64,000 nt of DNA, from contig CAXHJY010000161.1 in the NCBI GenBank assembly GCA_964016885.1, positions 124,001 to 188,000 of the forward strand, given 5' to 3'. A program made the translations under genes and the position numbers. Below are positions 16,401 through 29,189 of the stretch, one piece after another; position 1 is the stretch's first letter, and each line of letters starts with the position of its first letter. Source of the DNA: Eledone cirrhosa. Its lineage: Eukaryota. Below the pieces are notes generated by a model that saw only the letters and a list, made by a program, of their open reading frames with translations, did not search any database and was not told the origin of the DNA.

Positions 16401-19400
16401 AACAACAACACTGGCACTGACACAGAAAACAGCAACAACAACAACACTGGCACTGACACAGAAAACAGCAACAACAGCAACAACACTGGCACTGACACAC
16501 AAAACAGCAACAATTACAACAACACTGGCACTGACAGAGAAAACAGCAACAACTACAACAACACTGGCACTGACAGAGAAAACAGCAACAACAAAAACAC
16601 TGGCACTGACACAGAAAACAGCAACAACTACAACAACACTGGCACTGACAGAGAAAACGGCAACAACTACAACAACACTGGCACTGACTGAGAAAACAGC
16701 AACAGCAACAACACTGGCACTGACACAGAAAACAGCAACAAAAACAACACTGGCACTGACAGAGAAAACAGCAACAACAACACTGGCACTGACAGAGAAA
16801 ACAGCAACAACAACAACACTGGCACTGACGGAGAAAACAGCAACAACAACACTGGCACTGACAGAGAAAACAGCAACAACAACAACACTGGCACAGACAC
16901 AGAAAACAGCAACAACAACAGTGGCACTGACACAGAAAACAGCAACAACTACAACAACACTGGCACTGACAGAGAAAACAGCAACAACAACAACACTGGC
17001 ACTGACACAGAAAACAGAAACAACTACAACAACACTGGCACTGACAGAGAAAGCAGCAACAACTACAACAACACTGGCACTGACAGAGAAAACAGCAACA
17101 GCAACAACACTGGCACTGACACAGAAAACAGCAACAACTACAACAACACTGGCACTAACACAGAAAACAGCAACAACTACAACATCACTGGCACTGACAG
17201 AGAAAACAGCAACAGCAACAACACTGGCACTGACAGTGAAAATAGCAACAACAACAACACTGGCACTGACACAGAAAACAGCAACAACAACAACACTGGC
17301 ACTGACAGACAAAACAGCAACAACGACAACAACACTGGCACTGACAGAGAAAACAGCAACAACTACAACACTGGCACTGACAGACAAAACAGCAACAACA
17401 TCAACAACACTGGCACTGACAGAGAAAACAGCAACAACTACAACAACACTGGCACTGACACATAAAACAGCAACAACTACAACAACACTGGCACTGTCAG
17501 AGAAAACAGCAACAACTACAACAACACTGGCACTGACACAGAAAACAGCAACAACTACAACAACACTGGCACTGACAGAAAAAACAGCAACAACTACAAC
17601 ACTGGCACTGACAGAGAAAACAGCAGCAACAACAACAACACTGGCACTGACAGAGAAAACAGCAACAACTACAACAACACTGGCACTGACACAGAAAACA
17701 GCAACAACTACAACAACACTGGCACTGACAGAGAAAACAGCAACAACTACAACAACACTGGCACTGACAGAGAAAACCGCAACAACAACAACACTGGCAC
17801 TGACACAGAAAACAGCAACAACTACAACAACACTGGCACTGACAGAGAAAACAGCAACAACTACAACAACACTGGCACTGACAGAGAAAACAGCAACAAC
17901 TACAACAACACTGGCACTGACACAGTAAACAGCAACAACTACAATAACACTGGCACTGACACAGAAAACAGCAACAGCTACAACAACACTGGCACTGACA
18001 GAGAAAACAGCAACAACAACAACACTGGCACTGACACAGAAAACAGCAACAACTACAACAACACTGGCACTGATAATGAAAATAGCAACAACAACACTGG
18101 CACTGACACAGAAAACAGCAACAACAACAACACTGGCACTGACACAGAAAACAGCAACAACAGCAACAACACTGGCACTGACACAGAAAACAGCAACAAT
18201 TACAACAACACTGGCACTGACAGAGAAAACAGCAACAACTACAACAACACTGGCACTGACAGAGAAAACAGCAACAACAAAAACACTGGCACTGACACAA
18301 AAAACAGCAACAACTACAACAACACTGGCACTGACAGAGAAAACGGCAACAACTACAACAACACTGGCACTGACAGAGAAAACAGCAACAGCAACAACAC
18401 TGGCACTGACACAGAAAACAGCAACAAAAACAACACTGGCACTGACAGAGAAAACAGCAACAACAACACTGGCACTGACAGAGAAAACAGCAACAACAAC
18501 AACACTGGCACTGACGGAGAAAACAGCAACAACAACACTGGCACTGACAGAGAAAACAGCAACAACAACAACACTGGCACAGACACAGAAAACAGCAACA
18601 ACAACAGTGGCACTGACACAGAAAACAGCAACAACTACAACAACACTGGCACTGACAGAGAAAACAGCAACAACAACAACACTGGCACTGACACAGAAAA
18701 CAGAAACAACTACAACAACACTGGCACTGACAGAGAAAGCAGCAACAACTACAACAACACTGGCACTGACAGAGAAAACAGCAACAGCAACAACACTGGC
18801 ACTGACACAGAAAACAGCAACAAGTACAACAACACTGGCACTAACACAGAAAACAGCAACAACTACAACATCACTGGCACTGACAGAGAAAACAGCAACA
18901 GCAACAACACTGGCACTGACAGTGAAAATAGCAACAACAACAACACTGGCACTGACAGACAAAACAGCAACAACGACAACAACACTGGCACTGACAGAGA
19001 AAACAGCAACAACTACAACACTGGCACTGACAGACAAAACAGCAACAACATCAACAACACTGGCACTGACAGAGAAAACAGCAACAACTACAACAACACT
19101 GGCACTGACACATAAAACAGCAACAACTACAACAACACTGGCACTGTCAGAGAAAACAGCAACAACTACAACAACACTGGCACTGACACAGAAAACAGCA
19201 ACAACTACAACAACACTGGCACTGACAGAGAAAACAGCAACAACTACAACACTGGCACTGACAGACAAAACAGCAACAACAGCAACAATAACAATGGCAC
19301 TGGCACAGAAAACAGCAACAGTAACAACAACAACACTGGCACTGACACAGAAAACAGCAACAGTAACAACAACAACACTGGCACTGACAGTGAAAATAGC

Positions 19401-22400
19401 AACAACAACAACACTGGCACTGACAGTGAAAATAGCAACAACAACAACACTGGCACTGACAGAGAAAACAGCAACAACAACAACACTGGCACTGACAGAG
19501 AAAACAGCAACAACTACAACACTGGCACTGACAGAGAAAACAGCAACAACAACAACACTGGCACTGACAAAGAAAACAGCAACAACTACAACAACACTGG
19601 CACTGACACAGAAAACAACAACAACTACAACAAAACTGGCACTGACAGAGAAAACAGCAACAACTACAACAACACTGGCACTGACAGAGAAAACAGCAAC
19701 AACAACACTGGCACTGACACAGAAAACAGCAACAACTACAACAACACTGGCACTGCCGGAGAAAACAGCAACAACTACAACAACACTGGCACTGACACAG
19801 AAAACAGCAACAACTACAACAACACTGGCACTGACAGAGAAAACAGCAACAACAACAACACTGGCACTGACAAAGAAAACAGCAACAACTACAACAACAC
19901 TGGCACTGACAGAGAAAACAGCAACAACTACAACAACACTGGCACTCACAGAGAAAACAGCAACAACTACAACAACACTGGCACTGACACAGAAAACAGC
20001 AACAACTACAACAACACTGGCACTGGCACAGAAAACAGCAACAACTACAACAACACTGGCACTGACACAGAAAACAGCAACAACAACAACACTGGCACTG
20101 ACACAGAAAACAGCAACAACAACAACACTGGCACTGACAGAGAAAACAGCAACAACAACAACAACACTGGCACTGACAGAGAAAACAGCAACAACTACAA
20201 CAACACTGGCACTGACAGAGAAAACAGCAACAGCAACAACAGCAACAACAACACTGGCACTGACAGAGAAAACAGCAACAACAGCAATAACAATGGCACT
20301 GCCACACAAAACAGCAACAACAACACTAGCACTGACAGAGAAAACAGCAACAACAACACTGGCACTGACAGAGAAAACAGCAACAACAACAACACTGGCA
20401 CCGACACAGAAAACAGCAACAACAACAGTGGCACTGACACAGAAAACAGCAGCAACAACAACAACACTGGCACTGACAGAGAAAACAGCAACAACTACAA
20501 CAACACTGGCACTGACACAGAAAACAGCAACAACTACAACAACACTGGCACTGACAGAGAAAACAGCAACAACTACAACAACACTGGCACTGACAGAGAA
20601 AACCGCAACAACAACAACACTGGCACTGACACAGAAAACAGCAACAACTACAACAACACTGGCACTGACACAGAAAACAGCAACAACTACAACAACACTG
20701 GCACTGACAGAGAAAACAGCAACAACTACAACAACACTGGCACTGACACAATAAACAGCAACAACTACAATAACACTGGCACTGACACAGAAAACAGCAA
20801 CAGCTACAACAACACTGGCACTGACAGAGAAAACAGCAACAACAACAACACTGGCACTGACACAGAAAACAGCAACAACTACAACAACACTGGCACTGAT
20901 AATGAAAATAGCAACAACAACACTGGCACTGACACAGAAAACAGCAACAACAACAACACTGGCACTGACACAGAAAACAGCAACAACAGCAACAACACTG
21001 GCACTGACACAGAAAACAGCAACAATTACAACAACACTGGCACTGACAGAGAAAACAGCAACAACTACAACAACACTGGCACTGACAGAGAAAACAGCAA
21101 CAACAAAAACACTGGCACTGACACAGAAAACAGCAACAACTACAACAACACTGGCACTGACAGAGAAAACGGCAACAACTACAACAACACTGGCACTGAC
21201 TGAGAAAACAGCAACAGCAACAACACTGGCACTGACACAGAAAACAGCAACAAAAACAACACTGGCACTGACAGAGAAAACAGCAACAACAACACTGGCA
21301 CTGACAGAGAAAACAGCAACAACAACAACACTGGCACTGACGGAGAAAACAGCAACAACAACACTGGCACTGACAGAGAAAACAGCAACAACAACAACAC
21401 TGGCACAGACACAGAAAACAGCAACAACAACAGTGGCACTGACACAGAAAACAGCAACAACTACAACAACACTGGCACTGACAGAGAAAACAGCAACAAC
21501 AACAACACTGGCACTGACACAGAAAACAGAAACAACTACAACAACACTGGCACTGACAGAGAAAGCAGCAACAACTACAACAACACTGGCACTGACAGAG
21601 AAAACAGCAACAGCAACAACACTGGCACTGACACAGAAAACAGCAACAACTACAACAACACTGGCACTAACACAGAAAACAGCAACAACTACAACATCAC
21701 TGGCACTGACAGAGAAAACAGCAACAGCAACAACACTGGCACTGACAGTGAAAATAGCAACAACAACAACACTGGCACTGACACAGAAAACAGCAACAAC
21801 AACAACACTGGCACTGACAGACAAAACAGCAACAACGACAACAACACTGGCACTGACAGAGAAAACAGCAACAACTACAACACTGGCACTGACAGACAAA
21901 ACAGCAACAACATCAACAACACTGGCACTGACAGAGAAAACAGCAACAACTACAACAACACTGGCACTGACACATAAAACAGCAACAACTACAACAACAC
22001 TGGCACTGTCAGAGAAAACAGCAACAACTACAACAACACTGGCACTGACACAGAAAACAGCAACAACTACAACAACACTGGCACTGACAGAAAAAACAGC
22101 AACAACTACAACACTGGCACTGACAGAGAAAACAGCAGCAACAACAACAACACTGGCACTGACAGAGAAAACAGCAACAACTACAACAACACTGGCACTG
22201 ACACAGAAAACAGCAACAACTACAACAACACTGGCACTGACAGAGAAAACAGCAACAACTACAACAACACTGGCACTGACAGAGAAAACCGCAACAACAA
22301 CAACACTGGCACTGACACAGAAAACAGCAACAACTACAACAACACTGGCACTGACAGAGAAAACAGCAACAACTACAACAACACTGGCACTGACAGAGAA

Positions 22401-25400
22401 AACAGCAACAACTACAACAACACTGGCACTGACACAGTAAACAGCAACAACTACAATAACACTGGCACTGACACAGAAAACAGCAACAGCTACAACAACA
22501 CTGGCACTGACAGAGAAAACAGCAACAACAACAACACTGGCACTGACACAGAAAACAGCAACAACTACAACAACACTGGCACTGATAATGAAAATAGCAA
22601 CAACAACACTGGCACTGACACAGAAAACAGCAACAGCAACAACACTGGCACTGACACAGAAAACAGCAACAATTACAACAACACTGGCACTGACAGAGAA
22701 AACAGCAACAACTACAACAACACTGGCACTGACAGAGAAAACAGCAACAACAAAAACACTGGCACTGACACAGAAAACAGCAACAACTACAACAACACTG
22801 GCACTGACAGAGAAAACGGCAACAACTACAACAACACTGGCACTGACAGAGAAAACAGCAACAGCAACAACACTGGCACTGACACAGAAAACAGCAACAA
22901 AAACAACACTGGCACTGACAGAGAAAACAGCAACAACAACACTGGCACTGACAGAGAAAACAGCAACAACAACAACACTGGCACTGACGGAGAAAACAGC
23001 AACAACAACACTGGCACTGACAGAGAAAACAGCAACAACAACAACACTGGCACAGACACAGAAAACAGCAACAACAACAGTGGCACTGACACAGAAAACA
23101 GCAACAACTACAACAACACTGGCACTGACAGAGAAAACAGCAACAACAACAACACTGGCACTGACACAGAAAACAGAAACAACTACAACAACACTGGCAC
23201 TGACAGAGAAAGCAGCAACAACTACAACAACACTGGCACTGACAGAGAAAACAGCAACAGCAACAACACTGGCACTGACACAGAAAACAGCAACAAGTAC
23301 AACAACACTGGCACTAACACAGAAAACAGCAACAACTACAACATCACTGGCACTGACAGAGAAAACAGCAACAGCAACAACACTGGCACTGACAGTGAAA
23401 ATAGCAACAACAACAACACTGGCACTGACACAGAAAACAGCAACAACAACAACACTGGCACTGACAGACAAAACAGCAACAACGACAACAACACTGGCAC
23501 TGACAGAGAAAACAGCAACAACTACAACACTGGCACTGACAGACAAAACAGCAACAACATCAACAACACTGGCACTGACAGAGAAAACAGCAACAACTAC
23601 AACAACACTGGCACTGACACATAAAACAGCAACAACTACAACAACACTGGCACTGTCAGAGAAAACAGCAACAACTACAACAACACTGGCACTGACACAG
23701 AAAACAGCAACAACTACAACAACACTGGCACTGACAGAGAAAACAGCAACAACTACAACACTGGCACTGACAGACAAAACAGCAACAACAGCAACAATAA
23801 CAATGGCACTGGCACAGAAAACAGCAACAGTAACAACAACAACACTGGCACTGACACAGAAAACAGCAACAGTAACAACAACAACACTGGCACTGACAGT
23901 GAAAATAGCAACAACAACAACACTGGCACTGACAGTGAAAATAGCAACAACAACAACACTGGCACTGACAGAGAAAACAGCAACAACAACAACACTGGCA
24001 CTGACAGAGAAAACAGCAACAACTACAACACTGGCACTGACAGAGAAAACAGCAACAACAACAACACTGGCACTGACAAAGAAAACAGCAACAACTACAA
24101 CAACACTGGCACTGACACAGAAAACAACAACAACTACAACAAAACTGGTACTGACAGAGAAAACAGCAACAACTACAACAACACTGGCACTGACAGAGAA
24201 AACAGCAACAACAACACTGGCACTGACACAGAAAACAGCAACAACTACAACAACACTGGCACTGCCGGAGAAAACAGCAACAACTACAACAACACTGGCA
24301 CTGACACAGAAAACAGCAACAACTACAACAACACTGGCACTGACAGAGAAAACAGCAACAACAACAACACTGGCACTGACAAAGAAAACAGCAACAACTA
24401 CAACAACACTGGCACTGACAGAGAAAACAGCAACAACTACAACAACACTGGCACTCACAGAGAAAACAGCAACAACTACAACAACACTGGCACTGACACA
24501 GAAAACAGCAACAACTACAACAACACTGGCACTGGCACAGAAAACAGCAACAACTACAACAACACTGGCACTGACACAGAAAACAGCAACAACAACAACA
24601 CTGGCACTGACACAGAAAACAGCAACAACAACAACACTGGCACTGACAGAGAAAACAGCAACAACAACAACAACACTGGCACTGACAGAGAAAACAGCAA
24701 CAACAACACCGGCACTGACACAGAAAACAGCAACAACTACAACAACACTGGCACTGACAGAGAAAACAGCAACAACTACAACAACACTGGCACTGACAGA
24801 GAAAGCAACAACAACAACAACACTGGCACTGACACAGAAAACAGCAACAACTACAACACTGGCACTGACAGAGAAAACAGCAACAACTACAACAACACTG
24901 GCACTGACAGAGAAAACAGCAACAGCAACAACAGCAACAACAACACTGGCACTGACAGAGAAAACAGCAACAACAGCAATAACAATGGCACTGACACAGA
25001 AAACAGCAACAACAACACTAGCACTGACAGAGAAAACAGCAACAACAACACTGGCACTGACAGAGAAAACAGCAACAACAACAACACTGGCACCGACACA
25101 GAAAACAGCAACAACAACAGTGGCACTGACACAGAAAACAGCAGCAACAACAACAACACTGGCACTGACAGAGAAAACAGCAACAACTACAACAACACTG
25201 GCACTGACACAGAAAACAGCAACAACTACAACAACACTGGCACTGACAGAGAAAACAGCAACAACTACAACAACACTGGCACTGACAGAGAAAACCGCAA
25301 CAACAACAACACTGGCACTGACACAGAAAACAGCAACAACTACAACAACACTGGCACTGACAGAGAAAACAGCAACAACTACAACAACACTGGCACTGAC

Positions 25401-26867
25401 AGAGAAAACAGCAACAACTACAACAACACTGGCACTGACACAGTAAACAGCAACAACTACAATAACACTGGCACTGACACAGAAAACAGCAACAGCTACA
25501 ACAACACTGGCACTGACAGAGAAAACAGCAACAACAACAACACTGGCACTGACACAGAAAACAGCAACAACTACAACAACACTGGCACTGATAATGAAAA
25601 TAGCAACAACAACACTGGCACTGACACAGAAAACAGCAACAACAACAACACTGGCACTGACACAGAAAACAGCAACAACAGCAACAACACTGGCACTGAC
25701 ACAGAAAACAGCAACAATTACAACAACACTGGCACTGACAGAGAAAACAGCAACAACTACAACAACACTGGCACTGACAGAGAAAACAGCAACAACAAAA
25801 ACACTGGCACTGACACAGAAAACAGCAACAACTACAACAACACTGGCACTGACAGAGAAAACGGCAACAACTACAACAACACTGGCACTGACAGAGAAAA
25901 CAGCAACAGCAACAACACTGGCACTGACACAGAAAACAGCAACAAAAACAACACTGGCACTGACAGAGAAAACAGCAACAACAACACTGGCACTGACAGA
26001 GAAAACAGCAACAACAACAACACTGGCACTGACGGAGAAAACAGCAACAACAACACTGGCACTGACAGAGAAAACAGCAACAACAACAACACTGGCACAG
26101 ACACAGAAAACAGCAACAACAACAGTGGCACTGACACAGAAAACAGCAACAACTACAACAACACTGGCACTGACAGAGAAAACAGCAACAACAACAACAC
26201 TGGCACTGACACAGAAAACAGAAACAACTACAACAACACTGGCACTGACAGAGAAAGCAGCAACAACTACAACAACACTGGCACTGACAGAGAAAACAGC
26301 AACAGCAACAACACTGGCACTGACACAGAAAACAGCAACAACTACAACAACACTGGCACTAACACAGAAAACAGCAACAACTACAACATCACTGGCACTG
26401 ACAGAGAAAACAGCAACAGCAACAACACTGGCACTGACAGTGAAAATAGCAACAACAACAACACTGGCACTGACACAGAAAACAGCAACAACAACAACAC
26501 TGGCACTGACAGACAAAACAGCAACAACGACAACAACACTGGCACTGACAGAGAAAACAGCAACAACTACAACACTGGCACTGACAGACAAAACAGCAAC
26601 AACATCAACAACACTGGCACTGACAGAGAAAACAGCAACAACTACAACAACACTGGCACTGACACATAAAACAGCAACAACTACAACAACACTGGCACTG
26701 TCAGAGAAAACAGCAACAACTACAACAACACTGGCACTGACACAGAAAACAGCAACAACTACAACAACACTGGCACTGACAGAGAAAACAGCAACAACTA
26801 CAACACTGGCACTGACAGACAAAACAGCAACAACAGCAACAATAACAATGGCACTGGCACAGAAAAC
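4400..26867 (+). repeat. HOR domain A: dimeric ~4.5 kb HOR of alternating long (~2.86 kb) and short (~1.69 kb) subunits, about 5 periods
   Basis: The CTGATAATGAAAATA marker has its ATG at 4818, 7680, 9330, 12192, 13530, 16390, 18076, 20902, 22588 and 25594 (spacings 2862, 1650, 2862, 1338, 2860, 1686, 2826, 1686, 3006). The long-only marker CTGCCGGAG is at 6531, 11043, 15241, 19753 and 24262. The short-only marker GACTGAG has its T at 7979, 12491, 16689 and 21201. Confidence 0.93.
4818..7532 (+). CDS. Doubtful ATG-to-TAA ORF, 904 aa Thr-rich repeat (LALT[E/Q]KTATTTTT)n; representative of the cassettes at 7680, 9330, 16390, 18076, 20902 and 22588; probably a by-product of the repeat
   Basis: It has a true ATG and TAA in frame, but both are point variants of ordinary monomers. 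There is no signal peptide, non-repeat domain, RBS, promoter or splice context. Confidence 0.1.
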   Translation: MKIATTTLALTQKTATTTTLALTQKTATTATTLALTQKTATITTTLALTEKTATTTTTLALTEKTATTKTLALTQKTATTTTTLALTEKTATTTTTLALTEKTATATTLALTQKTATKTTLALTEKTATTTLALTEKTATTTTLALTEKTATTTLALTEKTATTTTLAQTQKTATTTVALTQKTATTTTTLALTEKTATTTTLALTQKTETTTTTLALTEKAATTTTTLALTEKTATATTLALTQKTATSTTTLALTQKTATTTTSLALTEKTATATTLALTVKIATTTTLALTQKTATTTTLALTDKTATTTTTLALTEKTATTTTLALTDKTATTSTTLALTEKTATTTTTLALTHKTATTTTTLALSEKTATTTTTLALTQKTATTTTTLALTEKTATTTTLALTDKTATTATITMALAQKTATVTTTTLALTQKTATVTTTTLALTVKIATTTTLALTVKIATTTTLALTEKTATTTTLALTEKTATTTTLALTEKTATTTTLALTKKTATTTTTLALTQKTTTTTTKLALTEKTATTTTTLALTEKTATTTLALTQKTATTTTTLALPEKTATTTTTLALTQKTATTTTTLALTEKTATTTTLALTKKTATTTTTLALTEKTATTTTTLALTEKTATTTTTLALTQKTATTTTTLALAQKTATTTTTLALTQKTATTTTLALTQKTATTTTLALTEKTATTTTTLALTEKTATTTTTLALTEKTATATTATTTLALTEKTATTAITMALPHKTATTTLALTEKTATTTLALTEKTATTTTLAPTQKTATTTVALTQKTAATTTTLALTEKTATTTTTLALTQKTATTTTTLALTEKTATTTTTLALTEKTATTTTLALTQKTATTTTTLALTEKTATTTTTLALTEKTATTTTTLALTQ

Positions 26868-29189
26868 AGAAAACAGCAACAACAACAACACTGGCACTGA
26901 CAGAGAAAACAGCAACAACAACACTGGAACTGACAGAGAAAACAGCAACAACAACAACACTGGCACTGACACAGAAAACAGCAACAACAACAGTGGCACT
27001 GACACAGAAAACAGCAACAACTACAACAACACTGGCACTGACAGAGAAAACAGCAACAACAACAACACTGGCACTGACACAGAAAACAGAAACAACTACA
27101 ACAACACTGGCACTGACAGAGAAAGCAGCAACAACTACAACAACACTGGCACTGACAGAGAAAACAGCAACAGCAACAACACTGGCACTGACACAGAAAA
27201 CAGCAACAACTACAACAACACTGGCACTAACACAGAAAACAGCAACAACTACAACATAACTCTGCACTGACAGAGAAAACAGCAACAGCAACAACACTGG
27301 CACTGACAGTGAAAATAGCAACAACAACAACACTGGCACTGACACAGGAAACAGCAACAACAACAACACTGGCACTGACACAGAAAAAAGCAACAACTAC
27401 AACAACACTGGCACTGACAGAGAAAACAGCAACAACTACAACACTGGCACTGACAGACAAAACAGCAACAACAGCAACAATAACACTGGCACTGGCACAG
27501 AAAACAGCAACAGTAACAACAACAACACTGGCACTGACACAGAAAACAGCAACAGTAACAACAACAACACTGGCACTGACAGTGAAAATAACAACAACAA
27601 CAACACTGGCACTGACAGTGAAAATAGCAACAACAACAACACTGGCACTGACAGAGAAAACAGCAACAACAACAACAACACTGGCACTGACAGAGAAAAC
27701 AGCAACAACTACAACACTGGCACTGACAGAGAAAACAGCAACAACAACAACACTGGCACTGACAAAGAAAACAGCAACAACTACAACAACACTGGCACTG
27801 ACACAGAAAACAGCAACAACTACAACAAAACTGGCACTGACAGAGAAAACAGCAACAACTACAACAACACTGGCACTGACAGAGAAAACAGCAACAACAA
27901 CACTGGCACTGACACAGAAAACAGCAACAACTACAACAACACTGGCACTGACAGAGAAAACAGCAACAACTACAACAACACTGGCACTGACACAGAAAAC
28001 AGCAACAACTACAACAACACTGGCACTGACAGAGAAAACAGCAACAACAACAACACTGGCACTGACACAGAAAACAGCAACAACTACAACAACACTGGCA
28101 CTGACAGAGAAAAAAGCAACAACTACAACAACACTGGCACTCACAGAGAAAACAGCAACAACTACAACAACACTGGCACTGACACAGAAAACAGCAACAA
28201 CTACAACAACACTGGCACTGGCACAGAAAACAGCAACAACTACAACAACACTGGCACTGACACAGAAAACAGCAACAACAACAACACTGGCACTGACACA
28301 GAAAACAGCAACAACAACAACACTGGCACTGACAGAGAAAACAGCAACAACAACAACACTGGCACTGACAGAGAAAACAGCAACAACAACAACACCGGCA
28401 CTGACACAGAAAACAGCAACAACTACAACAACACTGGCACTGACAGAGAAAACAGCAACAACTACAACAACACTGGCACTGACAGAGAAAACAGCAACAA
28501 CTACAACAACACTGGCACTGACAGAGAAAACAGAAACAACAACAACACTGGCACTGACACAGAAAACAGCAACAACTACAACACTGGCACTGACAGAGAA
28601 AACAGCAACAACTACAACAACACTGGCACTGACAGAGAAAACAGCAACAGCAACAACAGCAACAACAACACTGGCACTGACAGAGAAAACAGCAACAACA
28701 GCAATAACAATGGCACTGACACAGAAAACAGCAACAACAACACTGGCACTGACAGAGAAAACAGCAACAACAACAACACTGGCACTGACACAGAAAACAG
28801 CAACAACAACAGTGGCACTGACACAGAAAACAGCAATAACTACAACAACACTGGCACTGACAGAGAAAACAGCAACAACAACAACACTGACACTGACACA
28901 GAAAACAGCAACAACTACAACAACACTGGCACTGACAGAGAAAACAGCAACAACTACAACAACACTGGCACTGACAGAGAAAACAGCAACAACTACAACA
29001 ACACTGGCACTGACACAGAAAACAACAACAACTAGAACAACACTGGCACTGACACAGAAAACAGCAACAACAAAAACACTGGCACTGACAGAGAAAACAG
29101 CAACAACAACAACACTGGCACTGACACAGAAAACAGCAACAACAGCAACAACACTGGCACTGACACAGAAAACAGCAACAACTACAACA

